In this document: one piece after another, positions 1 through 9,977 of the stretch
How positions within the stretch are numbered: position 1 is the stretch's first letter
Layout of the letters: each line of letters begins with the position of its first letter
Origin: Rhizaria sp. SCN 62-66
Lineage: Eukaryota
Direction of reading: 5' to 3'
NCBI GenBank assembly: GCA_001724265.1
Contig: MEDY01000062.1
Coordinates: forward strand, 62,001-99,616
DNA length: 37,616 bases
Program-made: the position numbers and the translations under genes
The notes under the pieces: generated by a model
Seen by the model: the letters and a program-made list of their open reading frames with translations, nothing else
Told to the model about the DNA's origin: nothing
The model's database searches: none

Positions 1-1
1 C

Positions 2-2005
2 TTCCAATTCCAGCAGCAGCGCGCGGCGCCACAGATTGAGGCCGCGATCAAGACGCTCGAGGTCCAGCGCGACTCGATCGTCGTCCCACGCGCACGCGAG
101 GTCGAGGCCTACCACGCGCTTCAGGAGGAGCTCTGGCGGCTCCGGCATGAGATCCGCGTTGTCACCTCGAAGCCCGAGTTCGCGGAGCCCTTTTGCAACG
201 CGGGCCGCCTGGTGCGCATCTCCGCCGTCGTGCGCGGCGCCGGCGCGGGCTCCAGCGGTGCGTCGGTTCTCGACCCCGCCGCCACGGGCGCGATCGCCGG
301 CGCGCTGAAGTCGGACGGCGAGGCCGACGCCGTCGCCGTCACCGCCGCAGGCGCCGTGGACCCCAATGCGGGCAAGTCGTCCACGGTCACCCTGCGCGGC
401 GCTGCGGCGACGGCGCTGGACGTGATGCTGCGGCTGCCTGCGCTGCACGGCGCTCTGGAGCCCACGCGCTTCCGCGCTGGTATGACGGCTGACTACGCGA
501 CAGGCCTGCCGATGCCGATCATGGGCGCGACGCTGCCGTCGGACGCCGTGGCCGAGGGCGACCGCGACCCCAAGTCGGCTGGCGCGGCCACTGCGGCGTC
601 GTCTGACCCGCGCGTGACGCCGCAGGGCGCGCTTGAGATGGACTGGGGCTGGGGCGTGATTCTGGGCGTGCGCAAGAACGTCGCACTGCCGCCGCACGTG
701 CTGCACGGCGCCTACGAGCCCGTGGCACCCGTCGCGTTGCAGCGGCCCGGCCCCCGCGCGACGCCAGTGTCCGTGATGGGCACCGTCGTCGAGGTGCTGC
801 TGCCAGTGGACCCCGCATCGGTGCCTAAGGAGGCTCTGGCGCCCAAGATGGAGGCCGCGCGCGGCGAGATGCCCGGCAGTGCGATGCTGCACGCGGCGTC
901 ACTGCGCCCCGCACCTGCTGGCGTGATCCCCGAGTACGTCGTCGTGCCCGTGCTCATGTCCGCGTTCGCCGGGATGTCGACGTATCGCGTCAAGGTGCAC
1001 GACCGGCTGCAGGAGCGCTCGGGACGCGTGCTCATGGGTACGACGCTGCGCCAGATGCTCATGCGTACCAAGGCCGCCAACGCCGCCAACGCAGAGGCCG
1101 CTGCCGTGACGGCGGCTGCCACGGCTGCTGCGCCGGGCAATGACAAGAACCTCGAGACTGAGGCGATGGAGGACCCGCGCCCCGACGCGCTGCCGCTGCT
1201 GAAGCCGATGGAGTCGATGAAGATCAAGGGCGACGGGTTTCGTGCATTGCTCTCGCGCGTCGCCACACTCAAGCGCAAGGTCGCTGCGCACCCTGTGCAC
1301 ACTGCGGCCGACCGCGCGGACCTCATTGCGCTACATGCCAACAAGAACGCTCTCGCGAAGCAGGTCGACTGGCTGCGTGGCAAGCTCGCAGAGGTGTCAC
1401 AGGACTCCGGACTGCGCCAGACGCTGCAGCGCATGCGGCGCGTTCTGCGGACACTTGGGCACACGTCCGTGGACGACACGATCCAGACTAAGGGCCGCGT
1501 TGCGTGCGAGCTGTCTACGTGCGACGAGCTCGTCGGCTCTGAGCTCGTGTTCACGGGCGTGTTCAACGACCTCAACGTGGCGCAGATCTGCGCACTCTGC
1601 TCATGCATGGTTTTCGACGAGGCACAGGATGACTCGGTGCCGAAGCTCTCCGAGGAGCTTGCCGGCCCGCACCGCAAGCTGGTTGAGGTCGCCCGCGCAG
1701 TAGGCAAGGTGATTGTCGAAGCGCGTCTCCCGCTTGACTTGGAGAAGTTCGTGGCTTCCTTCAACCCGTTCATGATGGAGGTGCTACATGCGTGGGTCAA
1801 CGGCGCGCGCTTCGCCGACATTACCAAGATGACTGACGTGTTCGAAGGCACGATTATTCGCGTGATTCGCCGTCTGGAGGAGCTGCTGCGTCAGTTTGCC
1901 TCGGCCGCCAAGAGTGTTGGTAACACTGAGCTCGAGCAGAAGTTCCTCAAGTCTATTGAGAAGCTCAAGCGCGACATCGTCTTTGCCGCCTCACTTTACC
2001 TCTAA
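2..2005 (+). CDS. MTR4: Ski2-like exosome RNA helicase MTR4 (SKIV2L2/DOB1 family), 5'-truncated by the window: arch/KOW domain and DSHCT C-terminal domain
   Basis: The frame is open from base 2 (FQFQQQRAAPQIE...EPFCNAGRLVRI), well upstream of the ORF-track start at 212. MTR4 motifs: FQFQ, DWGWGVI, RRVLRTLG, KGRVACELSTCDEL, TDVFEGTIIRVIRRLEELLRQ, KRDIVFAASLYL. Stop TAA at 2003-2005. Confidence 0.95.
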   Translation, partial: FQFQQQRAAPQIEAAIKTLEVQRDSIVVPRAREVEAYHALQEELWRLRHEIRVVTSKPEFAEPFCNAGRLVRISAVVRGAGAGSSGASVLDPAATGAIAGALKSDGEADAVAVTAAGAVDPNAGKSSTVTLRGAAATALDVMLRLPALHGALEPTRFRAGMTADYATGLPMPIMGATLPSDAVAEGDRDPKSAGAATAASSDPRVTPQGALEMDWGWGVILGVRKNVALPPHVLHGAYEPVAPVALQRPGPRATPVSVMGTVVEVLLPVDPASVPKEALAPKMEAARGEMPGSAMLHAASLRPAPAGVIPEYVVVPVLMSAFAGMSTYRVKVHDRLQERSGRVLMGTTLRQMLMRTKAANAANAEAAAVTAAATAAAPGNDKNLETEAMEDPRPDALPLLKPMESMKIKGDGFRALLSRVATLKRKVAAHPVHTAADRADLIALHANKNALAKQVDWLRGKLAEVSQDSGLRQTLQRMRRVLRTLGHTSVDDTIQTKGRVACELSTCDELVGSELVFTGVFNDLNVAQICALCSCMVFDEAQDDSVPKLSEELAGPHRKLVEVARAVGKVIVEARLPLDLEKFVASFNPFMMEVLHAWVNGARFADITKMTDVFEGTIIRVIRRLEELLRQFASAAKSVGNTELEQKFLKSIEKLKRDIVFAASLYL

Positions 2006-2460
2006 GCACTCTGTTCTGCTGATACTTGCGCACTGCTTGGCGCCAACACGCGCTGTGTGGATGTGCATCCGCAGTCAGTCGCTGTAGTTGATTCCAGTCA
2101 GCGTTATGCTGTAATTCCGAATCTGTCCCTCTTGATAGTAGTTATATAATCAATTTCGAACGACACAATATACAAACAAGTTTATTCCTCACTATATCTC
2201 GATGTTGTTCTATGGAAATGTCATATAGTCCGCTTATGGTGTCGTATAACGCGCAGTTTTGGAGCTCGGACTTTGGAAGTGACCGTGGGCGGATCGAAAA
2301 GAATCTTGGTTAGGGGCAGCTGGGCCAAGGACGTGCGGAAAAACAAACGGTATTTCGTGTGTCAAGACCGACGTGTTTGCGGCTGATGAGTCTCTGTATA
2401 ATGAAAAAAAGATGTTAATTATATTCTCTTTGTTGAAGAACTGATATTTGGCGGTCTCGT

Positions 2461-2513
2461 GAGGCGTGATGTGCCCGTGAATAATTGGACATGGGCAGTG
2501 CCCATCACGCCTC
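2461..2513. repeat. Imperfect inverted repeat / hairpin upstream of SCOT
   Basis: GAGGCGTGATG (2461-2471) is the exact reverse complement of CATCACGCCTC (2503-2513). The inner TGCCCGTG (2472-2479) pairs with CATGGGCA (2490-2497) with one G-T pair. Confidence 0.6.
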
Positions 2514-2613
2514 CATCGTCATTCGTTTAAAACTGTCGTTGCCCCAGCGTAACTCACAAGGATAACTGAATTAAACTCGTTTCCCGATATATTCACCCCA
2601 TAGACACTCTGCC

Positions 2614-4224
2614 ATGCGCAGTTTTCTTGCGACCCGTGCTCTCCCGCGCGTCTCAGCCGTGACTCGTGCGGCGACCGCCTCAGCTTCTGCTCTCGTCTCC
2701 GGCGCTGCTCCTTCGCGTACCATCGCCAATAAGGTCTATGACTCCGCTGCGGCTGCTGTCAAGGCTTCCGGCATTAAGGATGGCATGACTCTGCTTGCCG
2801 GTGGCTTCGGCATCTCCGGCATTCCTCAGACGTGCATCGAGGCGATCGAGGCGACTGGTGTCAAGGACCTCACGGTCGTATCCAACAACTGTGGCGTCGA
2901 GGACTGGGGCCTCGGCATCCTCCTCGGCCACAAGCGCATCCGCAAGATCATCGCGTCCTACGTCGGTGAGAACGCCGAGTTTGAGCGCCAGTACCTTGAG
3001 GGCGAGCTCGAGCTCGTTATGACCCCTCAGGGCACGCTCGCGGAGAAGCTCCGTGCCGGTGGCGCTGGTATCCCGGCCTTCTACACCCCCACTGCTGTGG
3101 GTACGATCATCCAGCAAGGCGGTTTTCCCGTCAAGTACAAGGGCAAGACGAAGCAGGTCGAGATTGCGTCGCGCCCCAAGGAGACCAAGGTCTTCGACGG
3201 CAAGGCGTACGTGATGGAGGAGAGCATCACCGGCGATGTCGCCATCGTCAAGGCCTGGCGCGCTGACCGCTTCGGCAACCTCCAGTTCCGTGGCACCGCG
3301 CGCAACTTCAACCCCGACGTCGCGACCGCGGGCCGCTTCACAATCGCCGAGGTCGACGAGATTGTCCCCGTCGGCATCATCGCGCCTGAGGACGTGCACC
3401 TCTCTGGCGGCTACATCCAGGCCGTCGTGCTCACGCAGGCGCCCAAGAAGATCGAGCGCCGCACGGTCGCCCCGCGCCCCGGCTCCCCCGCGGCCGCCGC
3501 CGCTGCGGGCGCCAAGGTCAAGGACCCCGCTGCCCAGGCCGTGCGCGAGCGCATCGCTTCCCGTGCGGCGCTTGAGGTGTCGAGCGAGATGAACGTCAAC
3601 CTCGGCATCGGCATGCCGACACTGATCCCAAAGATCATCCCGCAGTCCATGAACGTCATGTTCCAGTCCGAGAACGGCCTTCTGGGCATGGGCGACTACC
3701 CGTACGCGGGCGACGAGGACCCCGACCTCATCAACGCCGGCAAGGAGACCGTCACCGTGGTGCCCGGCGCCTCCATCTTCGCGTCCTCGCAGTCGTTCGC
3801 CATGATCCGCGGCATGCACCTCGACCTCACCATCCTCGGCGGCATGGAGGTGTCCCGGCGTGGCGACCTGGCGAACTGGATCATTCCCGGCAAGCTCGTC
3901 AAGGGTATGGGCGGCGCCATGGACCTCGTGTCCTGCGGCTCGCGTGTTGTCGTCACAATGGAGCACAACAACAAGCGCGGTGACTTCAAGATCCTCGAGC
4001 AGTGCTCGCTGCCGTTGACAGGCCCCGGCGTCGTCGACCTCATCATCACCGATATCGCTGTGTTCGAGGTCGACAAGCAGAACAACCAGCTCGTTCTCAT
4101 CGAGAAGCTCGACGACATCACCGTCGAGGAGGTTAAGACCCGCACTGGCTGCGCGTTCGTCGTCTCGCCCAACCTCTGCACATACCGCCAGTTTCCCAAG
4201 CAGGAGCCCGCCGCTGTGCTGTGA
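2614..4224 (+). CDS. OXCT1: Succinyl-CoA:3-oxoacid CoA-transferase (fused A+B subunits), mitochondrial precursor, 536 aa
   Basis: GGFGISGIP, VSNNCG, SYVGEN, PQGTLAEKLRAGGAGIPAFYT, ARNFN, NLGIGMP, catalytic QSENG, GDLANWIIPGKLVKGMGGAMDLV. The Arg/Ala/Ser-rich N-terminus lacks acidic residues, typical of a mitochondrial presequence. Intronless, stop TGA. Confidence 0.95.
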   Translation: MRSFLATRALPRVSAVTRAATASASALVSGAAPSRTIANKVYDSAAAAVKASGIKDGMTLLAGGFGISGIPQTCIEAIEATGVKDLTVVSNNCGVEDWGLGILLGHKRIRKIIASYVGENAEFERQYLEGELELVMTPQGTLAEKLRAGGAGIPAFYTPTAVGTIIQQGGFPVKYKGKTKQVEIASRPKETKVFDGKAYVMEESITGDVAIVKAWRADRFGNLQFRGTARNFNPDVATAGRFTIAEVDEIVPVGIIAPEDVHLSGGYIQAVVLTQAPKKIERRTVAPRPGSPAAAAAAGAKVKDPAAQAVRERIASRAALEVSSEMNVNLGIGMPTLIPKIIPQSMNVMFQSENGLLGMGDYPYAGDEDPDLINAGKETVTVVPGASIFASSQSFAMIRGMHLDLTILGGMEVSRRGDLANWIIPGKLVKGMGGAMDLVSCGSRVVVTMEHNNKRGDFKILEQCSLPLTGPGVVDLIITDIAVFEVDKQNNQLVLIEKLDDITVEEVKTRTGCAFVVSPNLCTYRQFPKQEPAAVL

Positions 4225-5225
4225 GTTGGCCCGAGTCGGCCCTCCCCGATGCGCGGTGCGCGTGCACGCGACTGACGAGCACGCTGCTGCGAGTTCAAAT
4301 GCGCAACCGAGACTCCTGCGTTGCGAATTGTTTGCTTGACACTGGCTGGGCTGTTTTGTTGTGACAACTCCCTCTTGTTGTTTTCTTGCGCACTGGAGCT
4401 GTTGTCTCTGTAGCGCTTGCGGTAGTTTGTGATATGAGATCCCGTGAGGATGAGCGCGTCAGAACTGTAGTTCGTCTACATGTATGAAGTGTACCGCTCG
4501 TACGAGTCGCGATGCTAAGGTTTGGGAGCAACAATGTACACAGTGCTCCTTTAGCGACGACTTGAACAGCGGCAACAACGATCTGACCAGTGCTTTCGAC
4601 CCACTCAAGGCGTGGAACTGGTGGGCCACGTCTGCTATTATTATTACTCCCCCGATATGTGCTACTGCGCGCTAGTGGGACGCTTGTTGCTAACTTTGCA
4701 CGCGTTTTGTGGCCGTTTCGCGCTCGAGGGTTGAGCGTTTCCAGTTTATTCGCTCGTCTCTTTACCTTGATTCTTGTTTCCTGTTCTCCACTTTTCTTTT
4801 TTTAATTATAACTATAATACACCTCGCTACCTGTTTAGCTACTAGGAAGCGTAAATCCTCTTCGCCCATCTCGTAATGCTCTCACGATCGTCAAAATGCA
4901 AGTCGGATTTCTCTTGCATTGTCAGCTCAACCGAGCCGTCCACTTGGCTGCCCACGGTCAGCTGAGTTTGTCCGCGACCGGACCTCACGCTTTTGACAGA
5001 ATACGATTGCTACAATCGCACGTTAAGCACTTTATAGACATACACGTCAAATGTGTGATCGGGAATTTTATTTTTATTTATAATATGCTCTGAATCTTCT
5101 GTTGAGCCTCGCGATACCCTGCCGCGTTCCACACTGGACCAGTCAACTCTAACCCCCATTGACACTGAGCTTATCTCCTCACTTCATCACTTCCCCTTGC
5201 TTTCTCCACTCAGGCTCGCCGCCGT

Positions 5226-6093
5226 ATGAAGTTCTCGTACAAGTTTAGCAACTTGTGCGGTAGCGTGTACAAGGGCGGCAACCTCGTCTTCACCGCCGAC
5301 GGCAACTCCGTGCTCTCGCCCGTGGGGAACCGCATCACGGTCTTCGACCTCGTCAACCACACTTCCACAACGCTGCCGATTGAGAACCGGCGCAACATCG
5401 CGCGTCTCTGCCTGTCTCCCAACGGTAGCACGCTTCTTTCCGTCGACGAAGAGGGCCACGCGCTGATCATCAACCTGTTCAAGCGCGTGGTGCTGTCCGA
5501 GTTCCAGTTCCGCAAGGAGGTCCGCGATCTGCAGTTCTCGCCCGACGGCAAGTACATTGCCGTCACACACGGCGCCCACATCCAAGTCTGGCGCGCGCCC
5601 GCGCTCGTGACGCAGTTTCGCCCGCTGCTGCTGCACCGGACCTACACCGGGCATTACGACGACGTGTTGTGCCTCGCGTGGTCCCCAGACTCGCTCTTCT
5701 TTGTCTCCGGCTCCAAGGACAACACGGCACGGCTCTACTCCCTGCACCCGCTGCCTGGCTTCGTCCCGCTTGTGCTCAACGGCCACCACGCGCGCGTTGT
5801 GAACGTCTTCTTCGGCCAGGCTGACTCGAGCTACGCCGCCACCGACGTCACCTCGCAGCCCGGCTCGCAGATCTACACCGTCGGCAAGGACGGCGCCGTC
5901 TTCGTCTGGTAGTGGGCGCCGCGTGCCATGCCCGCCGTGCTCGCCTACGACGACGCGACGGGGCTCATTACCACGTCGTCGCTGGCGTCGCGCGCGCAGA
6001 AGGCGACGGCGCGCGAGCACTTGATCAACGCGGGCGTGCCTGTCGGCGAGCTCTCGACTTCTTCAGACTCCGAGTCATCGGACTCAAGCTCCA

Positions 6094-6124
<31 letters not shown>

Positions 6125-9100
6125 TAAGAACGAGGATGATGAGGAGGACGCTGAGAAGAAGTCCGCTGGCGACGACTCTGACAAGGATGATGACGACGAG
6201 GATGACAAGATGGCGCGCGCTATCCAGCGCGCCCGCTCTCGCGCCGTGCAGCAGCGGTCCCAGATCACTAAGCGCATGGCACGGCGCAACATGGTCGACG
6301 TCGAGGACCCGGTTGCGGTGTGGAACGCGCTGCCGTTCATCGCGCGCGGCACTTTCCGCGTCCTAAAGAAGAACTTCTGCAATCAGTCCGGTGCTTCGGT
6401 CGTCTGCGCGGCGCTGTATGGTACTGGCGCGGCGCTCAAGGCGTTTGGCGCCGAGCTCGATGAGACAAGCATCAAGGACAAGCAGGCTGCGACGGCGAAC
6501 CTCCTCGTCGTGGGCTTCGACAAGGGCACGTTTGCGCTGTACGAGATGCCGTCGTTCACGCACATTCACTCGCTGTCCATCTCGCAGGAGAAGATCTCCA
6601 CGGTCGCCATCAACGCCACGGGCGACTGGCTCGCTCTAGGCTCCGATTTCCTCGGCCAGCTCCTGGTTTGGGAGTGGCGCTCCGAGACGTACATCCTGAA
6701 GCAGCAGGCGCACTTCTACGATACCTCATGCTTGGCGTATTCCCCCGACGGCCAGCTCATGGTGACTGGTGGCGACGACGGCAAGGTCAAGATCTGGAAC
6801 ACCTCCACGGGCTTCTGCTTCGTGACCTTCTCCGACCACATCGGCCCCGTCACCGCAGTCGAGTTCTCCGGCACCGGCACCGTGGTGTTGTCCGCGGGCG
6901 CCGACGGCACCGTGCGCGCGTACGATCTCATCCGCTACCGCAACTTCCGCACGCTTGTCACACCGACTCCCGTGCAGTTCACGTCGCTTGCGGTCGACCC
7001 CTCGGGCGAGGTCGTGTGCGCGGGCGCCATGGACCCGTACGAGGTGTACGTGTGGTCGCTGCAGACGGGCAAGCTGCTCGACACGCTCACGGGCCACGAG
7101 GCGCCCGTCTCCGCGATGGCCTTTTCGGGCGCGCAGTCGGTGCTGGCGTCGGCGTCGTGGGACCACACCGTGCGCGTGTGGGACGTTTTTGCGGGCAAGG
7201 GCCAGGTGGACGCGTACGACCATCCGTCCGACGTGCTCGCAGTGGCGTACCGGCCCGACGGCCGCGAGATGGTCACGTCTTGTCTCGACGGACAGCTGTA
7301 CGTGTGGGACACATTCGAGGGCGAGCTTAAGTACGCCATCGACTGCAAACGTGACGTGCTGACGGGCCGCACGGGCGAAGACGCGCGGTCGTCGCTGCAG
7401 AAGGTCGCGTCAAACCACTTCACGTCGGTGTGCTACTCTGCAGACGGCAAGTCTGTCATCGCGGGCGGCAACTCTAAGTTTGTCTGCATCTACAATGTCG
7501 CGCAGAAGGTCATGGTGCGCCGCTTCGCCGTGTCCAACAACCTCTCGCTGGACGGCATGCTCGCCAAGTTCAACTCGCGCCACCAGCACAAGGCGTCCGG
7601 CGTGAACCTCAAGGAGGTCGACGCCGACGACTCGGACGGCGAGAATTACGGCGACCGCCGCCACAAGGAGCGCGGGCTTCCGGGCGCCAAGACGGGGCCT
7701 GACTTCTCGTCCCGGTCGACTCCGCCCGAGATCCGCACCAAGAGCGTGCGTTTCGCGCCCACGGGACTGCAGTGGGCTGCGTGCACCACAGAGGGCATCG
7801 TCATCTTCTCGCTTGACGACACGCTCGCGTTCGATCCCTCCGAGCTCGACCTGGACATCACACCCGAGAACGTGCTCATCGTGCTCGGCGAAGAGCACGC
7901 GTACGGCAAAGCGCTGCTCATGTCACTGGCCCTCAACGAGCGCTACCTCATCGACCGTGTGCTGCTCAGCACTCCGGTCTCCGAGGTGCCGCTCGTCGTG
8001 CGCGCGCTGCCGCTGCACCGCCTGCAGCGCGTCGTCGAAGTGCTGGGCTCTCTGGTCGACGCGTCGCGCCACCTGGGTTTTCTGCTTGTATGGGTGCAGG
8101 CGCTGCTCACGATCCACGGGCTCTACATCAAGCGCTCGGGCGCGCGCATGCTTGCCGCGTGCCGCGCGCTGCAGAAGACGCTGGTAGCCAAGCACAAGGA
8201 CATCAGCAAGCTCGCACAGGAGAACCAGTACATGCTGGCCTTCTCTGCGGGCGCGCCGCAGCAGCTGTCGCTGGAGGAGCTCAACGCGCGCTCGCAGCGC
8301 CGGCTGGAGCGGCAGCAGCGCGACGAGGACGAGCTGTCTGCGCGCATGACGGCCACGGCCGCGCCGTCGCTGGACGTCGCGCTCATGGGCGCGATCAACC
8401 TCGACGACCTCAACGATGACGACGCGTCCGACGAAGACGCCGAGGGCGACGCTGAGGACGACGGCGACGGCGACGGTGAGCACAAGACGAAGCGCGCGCG
8501 CACGGTGGACGGCAGCGCGCTGCAGCCCGTTGCACTGGGCGCGGACCGCCGTCGCCGCGCGGCGGGCAAGTGGGACGATGTACCCGGTGCGGAGGCCACG
8601 TTCGACCTGTCGGACGAGGATCTGGACGACCTGATGAACCAGGACGACATGTTCGACGGCTCTGCGCTTGCCAAGGAGCGCAAGAGCGCCGCCGACAAGA
8701 AGGCTCCCGCTGCCAAGGCTGGCAAGCCGACTGCTGCTGCTGGCAAGAAGGGCAAGACTGTATTGGGTGCGGACATGAGCGACGAGGAGGCCGAGATGCT
8801 CGAGTACAGCGGCATGAAGGACGACGACGAGGACGACGACGAGAGCGAGGACGACGACGAGGAGATCGTCGACTACCGCACGCGCAAGGTCCGCGAGGAG
8901 CGTGCGGCGCAGCAGACGGCGCGCGAGAAGCGCCTCCGCGGCGAAGACAAGCCCGCCAAGCAGCGCCTCACGGCCAAGGACGTCTTCGGCGACGAGGACG
9001 ACTTCCACGGCGGCATCCACGACTCCGACGAGGACGACGAGGAGGAGCGCGACCACTCGGGCGACGAGGCCGGCGGGTACCGCAAGAAGGGCTCGAAGAA

Positions 9101-9446
9101 GGATGTGTCATACTCGTGGGAGGAGCAGCGCAAGCAGCGCGAGCGCGCGTCCGTCTTCTCTGGCAAGCCCGGCCGCGACTCGGACGACGACGAGGACGGC
9201 GGCGGCGGGTTCGCCGAGTTTGCGCAAATCGACGCTGAGTTCCGCTCGCGCGAGGGCGGTCGTGGCCGTGGGCGCGGTGGCGCGGGCTCGCGTGGCCGCG
9301 GCGGAGGCCGTGGCGGCGGCCGTGGCGGCGGCCGTGGCGGTGGCGGTGGTCGCGGCGGTGGCCGCGGTGGCAGCGGTCGCGGCGGCGGCCGTGGCGGCGG
9401 CGGCCGTGGTAGCGGTCGTGGCGGTGGTCGCGGCGGCCGCGGTTGA
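5226..9446 (+). CDS. PWP2: PWP2/UTP1 WD40 SSU-processome protein, 1406 aa, read through one in-frame TAG (5910-5912)
   Basis: The N-terminus MKFSYKFSNLCGSVYKGGNLVFTADGNSVLSPVGNRITVFDL and the downstream GQLLVWEWRSETYILKQQAH, GTVRAYDLIRYRNFRT and Utp12-like C-terminal domain are all PWP2 hallmarks. ORFs 5226..5912 and 5928..9446 are in the same frame and separated only by TAG TGG GCG CCG CGT GCC. Stop TGA. Confidence 0.93.
5910..5912 (+). other. In-frame TAG in PWP2 (probable sense codon)
   Basis: GTC TTC GTC TGG TAG TGG GCG CCG = VFVW*WAP, at the end of a WD40 repeat. Confidence 0.85.
9255..9443 (+). repeat. RGG/GAR low-complexity coding repeat at the PWP2 C-terminus
   Basis: About 63 codons of GGRG-type repeats (GGC/GGT/CGT/CGC) ending at the TGA. 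Confidence 0.9.
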
Positions 9447-9977
9447 AGTCGCTTGCAGCGACGGTATCGCTTTGTTAAAGTGTCTTGAACCACCGATTGC
9501 AGCACATTCAGGGCCTGTATCAAGGCCGATTGACATAGTATATCATATATAATACATTTATTTTTTTAAATCAAATCACAATAACACCCACTCTTCACGT
9601 ACATCTCAATATACTTTCTTGTTTTACATGAAATGAACGAATGACGACTCGTTTGTGGTAGCAACAAAGGGTCAGATTAGTCAGCTTTCGTCTTTCTAAA
9701 CTATTGCTCTATCGACTGTCCCCGTCGTCAGATTGTGATAACAATGGTGGCCTTTGAGCCAAATTTCAAGCTCGAGAATAGATCTATTTTGATAGTTCAT
9801 TTCCGCGTCATTGGGTACGTCATATTCACTTGCCACTGTAGCGACCAGAGTAGTGTTGGCAACGGCCTGGGACATGACACGTTTCGTTGCTGTTGAGCAT
9901 GTGCCAGGGACAGAATACAGTGCGCTCTCTGATTTGATATGCACACTGCATACGTGATGTGCCCGCCGTGATGCATT

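Noticed and set aside
2383-2444. CTGATGAG...GAAA (hammerhead-like core) or C/D-box snoRNA (TGATGA...CTGA)
   Set aside because: No stem II or CGAAA for a hammerhead; no terminal stem or convincing rRNA guide for a snoRNA.
4295-5093. Short ORFs between SCOT and PWP2
   Set aside because: No codon bias or homology features; likely UTR or intergenic.
5910-5912. Pyrrolysine/selenocysteine or motif-programmed readthrough
   Set aside because: Pyl is not known in eukaryotes and Sec uses UGA. The six TAGs share no 3' motif and are not at catalytic sites or C-termini.
5226-9446. PWP2, ARM-like and giant genes as pseudogenes or split genes
   Set aside because: No frameshifts, only TAG interruptions, intact motifs and codon bias on both sides; PWP2 is essential.
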